Origin: Mobula hypostoma
Taxonomy: Eukaryota
Length of the DNA: 64,000 nt
Direction of reading: 5' to 3'
Assembly: GCF_963921235.1 (NCBI RefSeq)
Contig: NC_086097.1
Location: forward strand, 230,394,001-230,458,000
This document shows positions 39,141 to 53,825 of this stretch, in pieces (position 1 is the stretch's first letter; the number at the start of each line of letters is the position of its first letter). Under the pieces are notes generated by a model, which did not search any database, had not been told where the DNA came from, and saw only the letters and a list, made by a program, of their open reading frames with translations. The position numbers were made by a program, and so were the translations under genes.

Positions 39141-40304
39141 TTCATATCATCCGTAGGCTTGGCCATAAAGCGATCAATTCCATCATCCACATCACTGACA
39201 TATAATGTGAAAAGAAGTGAGCCCAACACTGAGCCCTGCGGCACACCACTAGTCACTGGCAGCCAACCAGAAAAGGTCCTCTTTATTCCTACTCTTTGCC
39301 TCCTGCCAGTCAGCTAATCTTCTATCCATTCCAGTACCTTTCCCGTAATACCATGGGCTCTTAGTTTGTTAAGCACCTTCACGTGCAGACTGACATCTGA
39401 TCTAACCAGAAGACAGCAACATTTCTGTACATCAGGTGACATCTGCCAACCACCTCTGACATTTGTGAGGTAGAAGCAGCTCCTCTGCTACAGAATATCT
39501 GCCTGTGACTCAAGTCAGCCTCCCCTCTCTGGACCTTGCCTGCACAGTCACTGCTTCAGTGAAGCAGCCAGCACAACCAAAGATCCCACGCACCCTGGAA
39601 AACCTCTCCTCTCCCCTCTCTCTGTGGGCAGAAGATAGACAAGCCTGAAAACACGTACCACCCGGCTGAAGGACAGCTTCTACCTCACTGTTATCAGACG
39701 CCTGAAACTTACTACCATCTGTACGATAAAATGGACTCTTGCACTCACCATCTATCTTTTTATGACCTTGCACTTTATCATTTATTTGCACTGCGCTTTT
39801 CAATAGTTTTTACACTTCATTCTGCATTGTTATTGTTTTGCCTTAGTCAAGCTCAATGCACTGAGCAACCATTTGATTTGTATGCAGGACAAGCTTGTCA
39901 CGGTATCTTGGTACCTGTGACAGTAATAAATGAATACTGATGCCCAAACTGAAAAGCAGCAACAGTTGACTCATAAATACATCGACTGCCCCTTGGATCA
40001 TGCTCTCAACCGGCCAAGGTGCGCACCTCGGTCCTCAGTGAGGTGGGTTGAAACATACCCAGTGTGGCTCTCATGCTGATGACAGCTGGATCACCACAAG
40101 CCACCCCCGAGGTGAAAACAGGCTGGATGAGACGTTTTATTCAACTCCCTGCAGATTTGGCAGGGAGATCTGAAAGATAAAGCAGTGGCCTTTGTCAAGG
40201 CTCATCCCATACAGCTGCACACAATCCGTTACATGGGCCTCACACTGAGAGAAACAAGGGACTGCTAACGAAGGAACATATTCTCTATGAAAGACCCACT
40301 TGGT

Positions 40305-40912
40305 TCTGCTTAGCTTTCATAAGTCGAGGGATAGAGTTTAAGAGTCGCGATGTAATGATGCAGCTCTATAAAACTCTGGTTAGGCCACACTTGGAGTACT
40401 GTGTCCAGTTCTGGTCACCTCACTATAGGAAGGATGTGGAAGCATTGGAAAGAGTACAGAGGAGATTTACCAAGATGCTGCCTGGTTTAGAAAGTATGCA
40501 TTATGATTAGAGATTAAGGGAGCTGGGGCTTTACTCTTTGGAGAGAAGGAGGATGAGAGGAGACATGATAGAGGTGTACAAGATAATAAGAGGAATAGAT
40601 AGAGTGGATAGACAGTGCCTCTTCCCCAGGGCACCACTGCTCAATGCAAGAGGACATGGCTTTAAGGTAAGGGGTGGGAAGTTCAAGGGGGATATTAGAG
40701 GAAAGTTTTTTACTCAGAGAGTGGTTAGTGCGTGGAATGCACTGCCTGAGTCAGTGGTGGAGGCAGATACACTAGTGAAGTTTAAGAGACTGCTAGACAG
40801 GTATATGGAGGAACTTAAGGTGGGGGCTTATATGGGAGGCAGGGTTTGAGGGTCGGCACAACATTGTGGGCCGAAGGGCCTGTACTGTGCTGTACTATTC
40901 TATGTTCTATGT
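40305..40912 (+). mobile_element. Young CR1 LINE 3' part (family A)
   Basis: LAFISRGIEFKSRDVM...WNALP plus tail; near-identical to the reverse complement of 27810-28420. Confidence 0.93.
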
Positions 40913-41999
40913 TTCAGTGACCAGGATTAAATATTACAGACTGACACATTAGAAAGTCAATGACTACATGCCAAGGAATACGACCACGCAAGTTCAAGGG
41001 GCAAGGCCACAGTGTAAAGACCCACTTATCACTGCACAGAGCTCATGCACAAGAAAGAAAAGCCCAAGTCGTGTTGATATCAGAATCAGGTTTACCATCA
41101 CCGGCATATGTGGTGAAATTTATTAGCCTTGCAGCGTCAGTACAATGCAGTACATAATATGAGAGAAAAACTGAATTACAGAAAATATTGTTAAATTAAA
41201 TAAGTAGGGCAAAACATAGAAATAATAAGGTAGTGAGATAGTGTTCATGGGTTCAATGTCCATTCAGAAATCAGATGGCAAAGGGGAAGAAACTGTTCCT
41301 GAATTGTTGTGTGTGCTTTCAAGCTTCTGTACCTCCTTCCATATGCTTAAAATATGTGTGTTATGTGGCCTGTATGATGGATGATGACCTATGAATAAAA
41401 TATATTTTGGGAAAGGAAAACCCTCAAGAGGTTCAGACAAAGCTCACTAAATCCACTCAACCAGGGAACTTTAAATTTTAATCCGAAATCTTAAGTGCAA
41501 AGAAATGTCTCCCACCTACTCTGTTTCATCAATTGACTAATGACCTACAGCAGGATTCCCACTCCTGACATAATATCATCTCACAATTACTTGTGGCCAA
41601 TTCTGGTGATATTGTTTAAAACCAAGCTTGAAAGAGGTCATGGGAATCATTGTGTGGGAATCATTGTGTATGGATCATTTCTAGCCAGACATGAACGTTT
41701 ACATCAATGTCAAGAAATGTGCAGACACTTACGGGATGTGTGGAAGTTGGGGATTTTATTCTGGCCAAACACAATGATGGCATATGTGACACTGAGAAGC
41801 AAAACATACAAAAGTCAAGTATCTCACTGGATAAGGGAACAGCAAACCTTTACTCTATATTGCAGACTTCAATGCGTTTAGCAGTAATATCAGTGGGCTG
41901 GCAGGAGCCACAGCGGTGACAGAGAATATTCTGACATTCCTCCAACCATCTGCAGGAACACGTTAACTGTAAAGCCAGAACCAAAGAAATGGAGTTGAA

Positions 42000-42320
42000 T
42001 GGTGCCCGGTCAGCGCAACGCTTACAGCGGCAGCGATTGTGATCGGGGTCAATTCCCGCCGCTGTCTTTAAGGAGTTTGTACGTTCTCCCCACAACCACA
42101 TGTGTTGCTCCTCTGAGTGCTCCGGTTTCCTCATACACCTCAAAGACGAACGGGTTAGTAAAGCATCAGAGAGTCGTGGACATGCTATGTCGGCACTGGA
42201 TGCATTGCGACACGTGTGGGCTGCCTTCTGCACACCCTCTGACTGGAGAGGTCTTTAATGCAAAGAATGCGTTTCACTGTATGTTTCAATGTACATTGTG
42301 AAAAATAAAGTGAATCTGAT
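42000..42320 (+). mobile_element. tRNA-derived SINE (V-SINE-like)
   Basis: B-box-like GGGGTCAATTCCC, GGAGTTTGTACGTTCTCCCC core and AATAAAGTGAATCTGA end. Confidence 0.75.
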
Positions 42321-42519
42321 CATACGTTTAAAGAAAAATCCACTACGTATCATGAACACGCACAGAATGCTGATTTTCTTGATCCACAGATTAAAGCCAA
42401 ATTCAGGTCATCACCAGGACCATTGAAAATATCAAGAACAGAATAGAGGCAACTACATTTTCACGGTAACAAAAAAAAAATCTACTGGAGGAACAGCATC
42501 CGCAGGGGGAAGGGGGTGA

Positions 42520-43095
42520 TGGAAGACAGGGAGAAAGGAATTGGGGGACCACTTCGTCGAGCACCTCCACTCTATCCACCAAAAGTGAAATGAATGCATG
42601 GACAAACATTTTAATTCCATTTCCCATTCCTGTTCCGACATGTCAGTCCACGGCCTCCTGTTGTGCAACGATAAGGCCATTCCAACCTGATGGGACGAAT
42701 TATGATTTCTCCTTCTAGCAAAAAATCCTTCCCCGTCACCTCTTCTTCTATTCCCCATTCTCGCCGCTCACCTTTTCTCACCTTCCTGTCACTCCACACT
42801 GGGTTCCCTCCTCCTTCCCTTTCTCCTACGGTCCACTCTCCTCTCCCATCAGATTCCTTCCTCTCCAGCTCTTTACCTTTCCTATCCACCTGGTTTCACT
42901 TATCCCCTTTGATCTATCTTCCTTCCCCCCCCCCTTTAATTCTTTCCCTTCCTTTCAAGTCCTGAAGAAGGGTCGTGGCCTGAAACATCAGCTGCTTTTT
43001 TCCATAGATGCTGCCTGGCCTGCTGAGTTCCTCCAGTATTTTGTGTGTGTTGCTATGGATTTCCAGCATCTGCAGAACTTCTTGCATTTATGATT
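42520..43095 (+). mobile_element. Penelope-like element fragment with GIY-YIG remnant
   Basis: LGDHFVEHLHSIH...HFNSISHS.SDMSVHGLL remnant, pyrimidine UTR and hammerhead motif at 42958-42993. Confidence 0.8.
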
Positions 43096-43859
43096 AGTGA
43101 CTTTTGAGTTAGGACCCTGCATTAGGAGGTAAACCACTGCCTACTTAAGCCCAGCCCTTCATAGCTAGAAAATGGATACATTTTTGGGGCATGATGTATA
43201 TGAGAAAAAGTTATGTCCCAATACATCTGAACAATGCTTACCGGAAGAGTCAATATGATGGACAAATCCCCCTGGTAAATCAAGCTTGGCATTCTTGTTT
43301 AATTGGTGACACTTCACATCTGTGAACATTGGATAAGGGCCAGGGTGACTGACCTCACATGTTAATGCTACATTATCAATGCAAATTTCTTTGGTTCGTA
43401 CACCATAGTTGATAAAGTTAATCGGCTTTTTAAAAGCTTCCACAGATAACATTATTAGAGTATTTGCAAAGTAGTGAAGTAATCAAAGAGATTTAAACTC
43501 AAGTCTACTGTAATCTGACCTTGACTCAAATATCTCCTGAGCAAACAATTTTCCTGAATGTTAGTTGTAACCTTGTGTTAGTTGTAATTATTGATGCACC
43601 ACTTAACTTTGACGAAGCTCGGTCTGCAAAACTAGCAATTACAGGTGCTCCTTGTGTTACACCAGGGCTGTGTTCCTAAAACAGCCAGTTTTATGACTTC
43701 CCATCATGTGAAAGCATATTATCAGTGAAGGCAACAAGAAAGGCAAATCTAAAAAAAAGGTTTCATCTACGTTTTTTCCCTGCAATGCTTCCTCGATTCC
43801 CTCACTTGCAGACCCCAGTCAGTTCGGACTGGCAACAATATTTCCTCCATAATCTCCAT

Positions 43860-45182
43860 CAGCACAGGTGCATCACCAGGCTGTGTGCTTAGCCCCCTGC
43901 TCTACTCACCCCTGGTCGGCTGGTGGCATAGTGGCATCAGCGCCGGACTTCGGAGCAAAGGCTCCCGAGTTCAAATCCAGCTGGCTCCCTTGCACGCTTT
44001 CCATCCGTGCTGGGTTGAGCGTCGAGCTAGCAACTCGGCCTCGTAAAAATGAGAAAGCCTGCTAAAAAAAACGCCGTCATGACAGCGTCCCGATGACTCC
44101 ACTCGGAGTTAAGGGCTTTCTTCTTCTTGTTCTACTCACTTTACACTTATGACTGCATGGCTAAGCACAGCTCCAACGCCATATTTAACTTCGCTGACAA
44201 CATCACTGCCATTGGCTGAATCAAAAAAAAAAATCAGCATATAGGAAGGAGATTGAAAATCTGGCTGAGTGGTGTCACAACGACAACAACAACCCCTCAC
44301 TCAATGTCAGCAAGACCAGGGAGCTGCTAATTGACTTCGGGAGGAGGAACCCGGAGGCCCATGAACCAGTCCTCATCAGGGTTCAAAGGTGGAGAGGGTC
44401 AGCAACTTCAAATTCCTCGTTGTTATCATTTCAGAGGATGGTGCTAAGCCCAGCGCGCAAGTGCAATTACGAGGAAAGCACGGCAACACCTCTACTTCCT
44501 TGGAAGTTTGCAAAGATTCAGCAGGGCAGCTAATACTTTGACAAACTTCTATAGATGTGTGGTGAAGAGTATATTGATTGGTTGCATCACAGCCTGGTAT
44601 GGAAACACCAATGCCCTTGAATGGAAAATACTAGAAAAATGTAGTGGATACAGCCCAGTCCATCACAGGTAGAGCCCCCTCTGCCATTGAGCACACCCTC
44701 ATGGAGCACTGTTTCAGGAAAGCAGCATCTATAAGCAGGGCCCACCCACCACCCAGGTCATCCTCTCTTCTCATTGCTGCCATCAGGAAGAATGTATAGG
44801 AGCCTCAGGAGTCGCACTATCAGGTTCGGGACCAGTTACCACCCCTCAACCATCAGGGTCTTGAACCAGTGGGGATAATTCTCTTCAACTTCACTTGCCC
44901 CATCACTGAACTCTTGCCACAACCTATGGACTCACTCTCAAGATCTGTTCGTCTCACACCCTCAATATTTATTGTTTATTTATTTATTTATTACTATTAG
45001 GTCTTTCTCTCGTTTGTATTTTTACAGTTTCTTGGCTTTTGCACATTGGTCCTTAGTCCACCCTGTTGTTATTAATTCCAGTATGGTCCTTGGCCTTACT
45101 GAATACACCCACAAGAAAACAATGCCAGGGTTGTATATGGTGACATACATGTATATTGATACTAAATTTACTTTGAACTTTC
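43860..45182 (+). mobile_element. Rex1/Babar LINE RT-to-3'-end fragment, interrupted by a SINE
   Basis: G.SPGCVLSPLLYSLYTYDC...FAD.IT, LAEWCHN, QHLYFL...NFYRCVV.SIL.GCITAWYG; ACTTTGA tail. Confidence 0.88.
43910..44130 (+). mobile_element. Full-length tRNA-derived SINE
   Basis: A box TGGCATAGTGG, B box GAGTTCAAATCC, (CTT)n tail, TSD TCTACTCAC (43901-43909 and 44131-44139). Confidence 0.88.
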
Positions 45183-45794
45183 TCAAAGATATTTTATTTT
45201 GAATCTAGATTTTTTTTTAGGTAGGGTCTCATGACTTCTGTAAGGGCTTAAGTTCCATTACTTAAATGACCACTGAAATAATTAAATTTTTTGCACTATT
45301 CATGCATTGTTAATAAGTTACCAAGTAGCCAGATTTTCTGGTGTCAACATCATCTCTGCTTTCACTGTGACTGCTATTAACTGAAAAGTGAAGAAAGTAC
45401 ACAAAAATGTTTACACTGTGTTATAAGCTTCCAGATGTCCACAAGATCCTGGAGCTGAATATAGAGATAAGTTTTCTAAAATTATCCGTTCACGTGCAGC
45501 TTGCCATCTGCGTAAGGAGCTCAGTAGAATGGCTTAAGGGGCTTGCAGCAGTTCTCAGAATTCAAGACGCAAAGCGAGGTTGACCAAAGATGGTGTTCTG
45601 ATCCAATTTGGAGCAATCTTGACAGGATTAGTAGCTATGTGTCACATACAGAATCACACATTAACAAAGTAAACACACATAAGCTGCAAGAAACAAATCA
45701 CTAATGCTCAGTACAACTCAAATGAGGTTGATGATGAGAAGAAAGAGGTGCTTTCCAGTTATGAGTGTGACCCAGAATTTGGAAACACTGAACA

Positions 45795-46390
45795 TTAGAC
45801 AGCAGCCATACTTCACTAGGAGTTTGTGGAGATTTGGTACGTCACCAAAACCACTCGCAATTTTCTACAGATGTACCATGGAGAACGTTCTAACTGACTG
45901 CATCACCATCTGGTATAGGGTGGGGACAGGGGAGGGCTACTGCACAGGATCGAAGTAAGCTGCAGAGAGTTGTAAAATTAGTCAGCTCCATCTTGGGCAC
46001 TAGCCTCTGTAGTATCCAAGACATCTTCAAGGAGTGGTGCCTCACAAAGGCAGCATCTATTATTAAGGATTCCCACCCCTGCAGGACATGCTCTTTTCTC
46101 ACTGCTACCATCAGGAAGGAGGTGCAGAAGCCTGAAGCAATTCAAGAGCAGTTTCTTCCCCTCTGCCATCTGATTTCTGAATAGACATTGAACCTATGAA
46201 CACTACTTCACTACTTCTTTTTAAAATTTCCTATTTTTGCACTATTCATCTAATTTCAATATTTAATATATACATATTTACTGTAATTCACAGTTTATTC
46301 CTGTCTATTATCATGTATTGCATTGTATTGCTATTGCAAAGTTAACAAATTTCATGCCGTGTGCCGGTGATATTAAACCTGATTCTGATA
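45795..46390 (+). mobile_element. Rex1/Babar LINE 3' fragment
   Basis: YFTRSLWRFGTSPKPLAIFYRCTMENVLTDCITIWY; tail AAACCTGATTCTGA. Confidence 0.82.
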
Positions 46391-48403
46391 GAAAACATGA
46401 AACAAATAAACCAAGGCATCATTACAGTTAATGTTATCTTCACTGGATGCTGTTACCTGCTCTGTGATACTTCACCGGCTAAAATGCAATCATTATTCAA
46501 ATTCTGCATACTCCTAAACTGATCTCAAGTCAATAATTACCTTCTACGTATTTTCATGGCAAAGCACAATAATAAACGCGTTTGATATGGTACCAAGGAT
46601 TATTTATCATAGGAAACAGTTATCATTTCAATTATGTGTAAACATTCTAGTGATAAAAGAAAATAATTATCTGAGGATTAAATTCACCCTTGGTTCAATT
46701 TTGCATCTGAAGCACAAGATTAACATTCCACTGCAATACTGAGGGAGTGTTGTGCTACAAAAGGCATAATCATTCAGATGAAACGTTGAAGTGAAAGCCT
46801 ATCTGTTCTCTCAGCAATGCTTTAAACATTAAATCCTCCATAAACATCATGTCTCTTTGTATGCCTCAAGAGCTTCCTCACAATTTCCCCTCATCTTCAT
46901 GTGTCAAATTTTGTTGATCGCTCTCCTCTGAAGAGCCTGGCATGCTTTGCTACATTATAAGTAACCATACGAGTTATTTTAATATGCAAGATTCTCCCAT
47001 GTTATTCAAATCAGAACTGAAGAATTGTCAAAAGGTTACTGCCAACATTTATTTCTCAATCAACATCCAAAATAATACATTTTTCTCATTGCTTTTCTGA
47101 CCGTCAGATTTCCATGCATAGTATCCGCAATTGCTTTTTAAGTGCCTGCGCCAACAGTTTCTATAACATGCTACTACATTCTATTTCTTTTCAAGACAAC
47201 TTTGTTAGTCAAACAGTTTGATTTTTTTTTGTTTCATTCCTAGGGAGCTTCTGTTAGTCAACTTTGACTATCAGGTTTTGAAAAGAACTGAAGCACTTTG
47301 CAGTACAGTTGGTGAGAAGCAATCTTGTCTCGTACAGATTACATGCAATACAAAAAAAAAACAATTTTTGAATGAACTGACATAATTCCAGATCAGCACA
47401 ACTAGTCACGGAGCCCTAGTGTGTAAGCTTGCTTCACAAGCTTTGAAGCGTCTTGGCCTGAAATGCCGACTGTTTATTCCTCTCCATAGATGCTGATCTG
47501 TTGAGTTCCTCTGGCACTTTGCGTGTGTTCCATTAAACTTCCATTGTTTATAATGTTGGAGCAGATATCTCAAAAATCACTAACTAGCTGCCTGCCCTGG
47601 TAGCACACTGTTTGTTCCTGCATGGTCACTGTTATAGGCTTCCCCAGTGAGGCCACCTCCTGCATGCCCGAGAGCATCACAGGAGTGCAGGGAGCACCTG
47701 CTTCTCATGGGACATCACGGATGTCCAGTGATTTTCCATGGGAATATCCCACTTGTGAACTATCAAAGTAGGATTGAGCCAAATGGCTTGGGATATCAAA
47801 AAATAAACTTTTAAACGTTGTTTAAAAGCAGGAAAACATCTCAAAATAACAATTTAGACTAGGGAAACTAGCTGCTCAGCCTTTCTCTCACAGCCAACAG
47901 CTCCCATTCATTTGAACAAGGACAGTTATGCCAGATTACTTCAGCAGGCAGCTTCCTGGAGATGGAAAGCCTACAGAAGACTGCACTGGATTCCTGGTGT
48001 CATCCACTAGAGGAATGTGCAGAAGATATTGCTGGAGATATGGACTGGCAACAGGCCTGGAGCCCAGCTTTTCATGTAAATACCACATCAAGACCTGATA
48101 CAAGTGCTGGCATAATGGCAGAAGATTTTTCCTGATCTCTCAACCCTGAAGTTTCTTAAACAATTGTGCTGCAACTTTGCACAAGGAAAATTCTCGGTCC
48201 AAGAAATTTCCTAGAAATGCATTTTCGGCTTATTTAACTCAACAATAGCTGGTATGGAGGGGCCACTGCACAGGACTGGAAAAGCTGCATAAAGTAGCAA
48301 AAATCAGCCAGCTCCATCACCGGCACCAGCCTCCCCAGCATCGAGGAAATCTTCAAAATGTGATGCATCAAAAAGACAGCATCCATCATTAAGGAACACC
48401 ATT

Positions 48404-49606
48404 AAACATGGAAACATAGAAAACCTACAGCACAATGCAGGCCCTTTGGCCCACAAAGTTGTGCCGAACACGTCCCTACTTTAGAAATCACTAGGCTTAC
48501 CCATAGCCCTCTATTTTTCTAAGCTCCAAGTACCTATCCAAAAATTTCTTAAAAGACCCTATCATATCCACCTCCACCACCATTGCCGGCAGCCCATTCA
48601 ACACACTCACCACTCTCTGAGTAAAAAACTTACCCCCGACATCTCCTCTGTACCTACTCCCAAGCACCTTAAACCTGAGTCCTCTTGTGGCAACCATTTT
48701 AGCCCTGGGAAAAAGCCTCTGACTATCCACACGATCAATGCCTGTCATCATCTTATACACCTCTATCAGGTCACCTTTCATCCTCCGTCGCTCCAAGGAA
48801 AAAAGGCCAAGTTCACGCAACCTGTTTTCATAAGGTATGCTCCCCAATCCAGGCAACATCCTTGTAGATCTCCTCTGCACCCTTTCTATGGCTTCCACAT
48901 CCTTCCTGTAGTGAGGCAACCAGAACTGAGCACAGTACTCCAAGTGGGGTCTGACCAGGGTCCTATATTGCTGTAACATTACCTCTTGGCTCTTAAACTC
49001 AATGCCATGATTGATGAAGGCCAATGCACCATAAGCCTTCTTAACCACAGAGTCAACCTGCACAGCAGCTTTGAGCATCCTATGGACTCGGACCCCAAGA
49101 TCCCTCTGATCCTCCACACTGCCAAGAGTCTTACCATTTATAATATATTCTGCCATTGTATTTGACCTACCAAAATGAACTACCTCACACTTATCTGGGT
49201 TGAACTCCATCTGCCACTTCTCAGCCCAGTTTTGCATCCTATCAATGTCCTGCTGTAACCTCTGACAGCCCTCCACACTATCCACAACACCTCCAACGTT
49301 TGTGTCATCAGCAAACTTACTAACCCATCCCTCCACTTCCTCATCCAGGTCATTTATACAAATCACGAACAGTAAGACTCCCAAAGCAGATCCCTGAGGT
49401 ACACCACTGGTCACCAACCTCAATGCAGAATATGACCCATCTACAACCACTCTTTGCCTTCTGTGGGCAAGCCAGTTCTGGATCCACAAAGCAATGTCCC
49501 CCTTGGATCCCATGTCTCCTTACTTTCTCAATAAGCCTTGCATGGGGTACCTTATCAAATGCCTTGCTGAAATCCATATAAACTACATCTACTGCTCTTC
49601 CTTCAT
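48404..49606 (-). mobile_element. CR1 LINE RT-to-3'-end (338-aa open frame), inserted in a Rex1 fragment
   Basis: YMDFSKAFDKVPH, TSGVPQGS.LG, KFADDT and RPHLEYC motifs. The host Rex sequence (48250-48403, 49607-49735) is continuous across a CCATT duplication. Confidence 0.95.
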
Positions 49607-52600
49607 CCATTCACCCATGACATGCCCTCTTCTCTTTGCCACCATCAAGGAGGAGTTACAGGAGCCAGAAGAAACACACTCAATGTATTAGGAACAACTA
49701 CTTCTCCTCTGCCATTAGATTTTTGAATGGACAATGACAATAAATTTTATGACAAATGCCAGTAATTTTCTAACTCGGCAGCTGCTGGACAGTGACACAC
49801 TTTTATTCAGCCAGGCAAAATGCCAAAATGGATGCAAGAGTCAACCAGAGCAGAGGTGTCTGGATGTTGTGGATTTTCAATTTTTTCAATTGCCAAAAAC
49901 AGAATGGTGCAAGCACTCTATAGGACATGAAGCATTCATGGAGGCTAAAGATTTACCTTGATGTTTTGGGATGACACCCTGCATCAGGATGGAGAAGGAA
50001 GAGGAAAAGATAAAGCAACAGCGTAGAATAGATGCTAATATGGGATGCTGGAAACAGATTTAGCAGTGAAGGGGTGAAAAGATGATGTGTGTATGGAACC
50101 AGTTGAGGTTGAAGAATGGGAAAGATAATCAAAGGGAGGGAGTTAAAAAAAGTTTGTGCATGCATGTGGATATTTACCCAAAAGTGGATAACTGCTTTTC
50201 AATTACAAAGGCAACACAAATTAAACTACAGACAATTTTGATAACAAATATAAATCAGAAAATGCTGGAAGTACTCAACAGGTCAGGCAGCATCTGGGGG
50301 AGAGAGACACACAGAATTATAATGTTCCAACTCAGTGGCCTTAAACATTTTCTTATCAAGTCACTCCAACTATCTAAGATGCACACACAAGCACAAATAA
50401 GGCTTTAAAAAACAAAATGATTCCTTCATTCAAAGCACCCAGTATAATTGCTTTGTTACTGACAGTAGATGAAACAATGAAATCTCTGTATAGTGAATAG
50501 GAAATACTGTGGTATTAGCAAGTTTCTAGTGGTTCTATTTGTGAGGTGCTGAACCAGCCCTTTTGAGCTTTTCCATTTCCCCATTTTGGACTCCCTGAAA
50601 GTTTGCAACATCTGGCAGCTATTCAAGCCAGTGCCTCATTTCCAGCCACAGAAATCCCAACGTCATGAGGCCATGACAAACCAGTGTAATTTGTTATCTG
50701 CCCCGGACAATTTGACGGAAATGAAATAAACGATGCAAAATCCCTATCTTATTATCACATTGCCACGCCAACCCAGCACGCACTGAGTCTGTCAACTTTG
50801 GTCACATGAATTGAAACTAGAACACAGGAAACTGAAAATACCACAAATACTTTGTAGTTTAGCACAAAATTCCTTTTTGACCAGAACTGTACTATTAACA
50901 TGATTAGGATAGGGAGTGACCAGCTTTTCTCTCCTAAGAGTGGAATAAATGAAACTAGGAGCTGTGAGTGGGGAAAAAAAATCTTTTTTTTAATTTAGAG
51001 ATTTCAAATGGTTTAAATTTAAAGATCATGAAAAAAATTTTAGTTTTTAAGCCAACCTCCCACCCACTCCCATCCAAATAGAATAAGCAATGGTCACAGA
51101 GGCAACAATAGAGGCAACGTTTATTTCTTTCACTGCTCAATCTCAGCATCAAACAACAAAGTAGAAAAACACCCTACTTAACACCAAGGACAAGTAATTT
51201 ACCCATCTTGGCTGTACACAATGATTTAAAAATATAAAAAGCAATACATTCAGATGCTATGTCATGCCCCTGCCTTTCTCAAAACACAATACAATTTGAT
51301 ATTGAAAGACTTAAAGTTTATTTAATCGAATGACAGGATCTCACTAGACTACATGCTTTCTTATTTGCCTAGTTCTTCTTTTTAAAACAACAAGTTCCAT
51401 TTAATATCAGAGAATGTATATAGTATACAACCTGAAATTTTTGCTCTTCACAGACACCATGAAAACAGAAGAATGAATGGCAGAAAAAAATGTTGGAACA
51501 CCAAAGCACCCCCTCCCTTCACAGGAGAGCAGCAAAGCATCAACCCTTCCCCCCCCATTTCCCCCACTCGTTCCAGTAGGAAACATCAGCCCTCCCCCCG
51601 CACCACCCACTAAGCAAGAAATAGCAAAGGGCCCCCAGAGAGACCATGATCTAGAGTCTATCAAATACTACAGTCCATAACTCAGCTCTTCGACATGCCA
51701 GGGTGAGTCTCAGTGTCTCTTCCCCTCCCCCCCCCACCCCCGCCGTCGTGAGAGTGAGTGAGAAGTATCACCCCTCCCACAGCAAGAGGGGAGACCAACA
51801 GTTTGCTGTCTCGCTATTATAGTCTGCAGCATCGCTTAATCGAGCTCACCCAATTCGAGAAGCAGCAGACTCTCCCCTTATCACAGTGTGAGAAAGAAAG
51901 CCATTCCATAGTGTTTTCCCATAGATTATTAAAGCTCACAAAACCTGAAACGTAAGCAAGTTATGCAAAATTCCTCTTAAAAAGTAGCTGCAGAGGCTGC
52001 TTTTCATCTTGATGCAGTCTTTATTATTACTCCTTTCAGCCAACAGCTGACAGTCATACTCTTCCTCTGCTCTCGATTGCATTCAATAATCCTCATGAAG
52101 CCAGACAACCTATAAACTTCATGATTCCACTGCCACAGAGTTGCTTTTTGGTTTACAGACTTCTATTCAAAAGACTAATCGGGCTCCTTCTGAGGCTGAA
52201 AACAATATTTATTGCTTTCCAGAGCACATTCTCTTCTAAAAGATAATTGGACAACCAAAAAAAAAACCACACTTTTTCATTACCTTGAAATTTTAAGGAA
52301 TTAACATGCAGAACAAGTTTGTCCACTGCTGTACCAGTACCGGTCTAAATGATGAGTCATCTTTCAAACACTTCTGTTAGACTTTGGTGACCTCACTACC
52401 GCTGGTAGATTCTAGAATACTGTCAATTCCAGCTTTTAGCAGGTTGCTGTGCAGACTTCATTTCAACTAAGGAACCGTACAAGAGCTTTTTAAAGTATAT
52501 GGACCAATAATATTTGACAAACAGAAAATGACTTTTCTTTCAAATTCAACTTATAAGCTTACTATATTAAGATCACATCTATTCAAAAGTCAAATTTTGG

Positions 52601-53825
52601 GGTATGTGTGTCTCACTTACATAGCTACTTTTCATAATTAAACAAAATAGTGTGTGACTCTCCATCTGTAAGAAAATGCTGAAGTACCTACTGCAACCTT
52701 TTCAATTTGCATTCTTTTCGAATTAAATTAAATTACATTCCTTTTAAGTCAAAGCTACAGCAGAGCTTATTGCAATATACAGAAGTATAGGTATGCACAG
52801 GTACTGAGTATTACGAATTCAAAATGGCAACGTGATCAATTCCTGTAATTTTACAAATGAAATATAAACACAAAATTTTTTTAAAAGGAAACATGTCATC
52901 TATTTACACATATTGTAATGAACACATTAAACTTAGCGTTCAGCTATCTTGGTAGTGATCATACTGTACATTGCTAGGAATCAGTTCCCAGTACATAATG
53001 CCTTTACTGTGATTACTTATATTTTCACTGTTACAAATGATCATATTTCTGCACCTCTCCTTTCTACTTCCAAATCACAACATCTGTTTAATTTACTCAT
53101 TTCCCTGCCTAATTTTTTTTTTAATTTGCTTACAAGATGTAGGCACTGCTGACTAGGGTAATATCTAATGCCCTCAATTTGTCTATAGAAAATTTCTCCC
53201 TCCCCCAATTACCAAGGTCTTGAAGTCTTTGCTTTTGGAGATCAGTATAATGTCCCTGTTCTCCCAAATAACGACACACTCCCCCACCCTCCGAAATGAT
53301 AACGTACTGGGAGCCCTGTTCACTGAGATTTATTTCTTGATACATGGCAACCTCCGATTCCATTCCTAGCGGAATTGCAAGTGCATCACCATTTACCCCT
53401 CTCTCTTCCTCTTCTGCTTGTTCCATGCGATCACATTTGGACTCAACTTCTTTTTCAGCAAGAAATCAGCAACTTTCAAAAGAAAGATGAACACATGGCC
53501 TCCAAGTTTGAGCACAGCAGGTCTAGATTTCAACAACAGGCAGAAACTACTTTTACTTATCATGGACTGTTCAATCAAAATAACCCAAAACAGGGGCTTG
53601 CCCCTCTTTTACTGTTTAAAAGGGCACTGTTTCCTTCACTACATCCTCAACAAACTTCTTATCCTTGCTTCTTTCCAAATAAGACCCCATCTTTCTTCCA
53701 AAGAAGAAGCCATCTCCAACTATCAATTCATTTTACCATGCACCAGGTTCCAAACAGATCCCCAGCTTTAACAAGAATTCTTCTACCAACCTCTGCAAGC
53801 ACCTTTCCCACGCTTATAAAACAAT

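Larger units (their letters stand above)
37755..39385 (-). mobile_element. Degenerate CR1 LINE 3' part, interrupted by a PLE at 38627-39140
   Basis: [21 protein letters not shown] (39.2 kb), KCMVMHLGRRN...KANAMLAFISRG (38.4 kb) and VVNLWNCLP (37.9 kb). Confidence 0.88.

Noticed and set aside
41641..41670. Short local duplications (TGGGAATCATTGTG x2; similar cases at ~11655, ~29925, ~57825)
   Set aside because: Ordinary slippage-type duplications with no further structure.
43914..43990. tRNA gene
   Set aside because: A and B boxes are present, but the sequence continues into a SINE body with a tail and TSD.
48497..49513. 338-aa RT ORF as an autonomous element or domesticated gene
   Set aside because: It is a 5'-truncated CR1 with a frameshift near 49510, no endonuclease and no ORF1.
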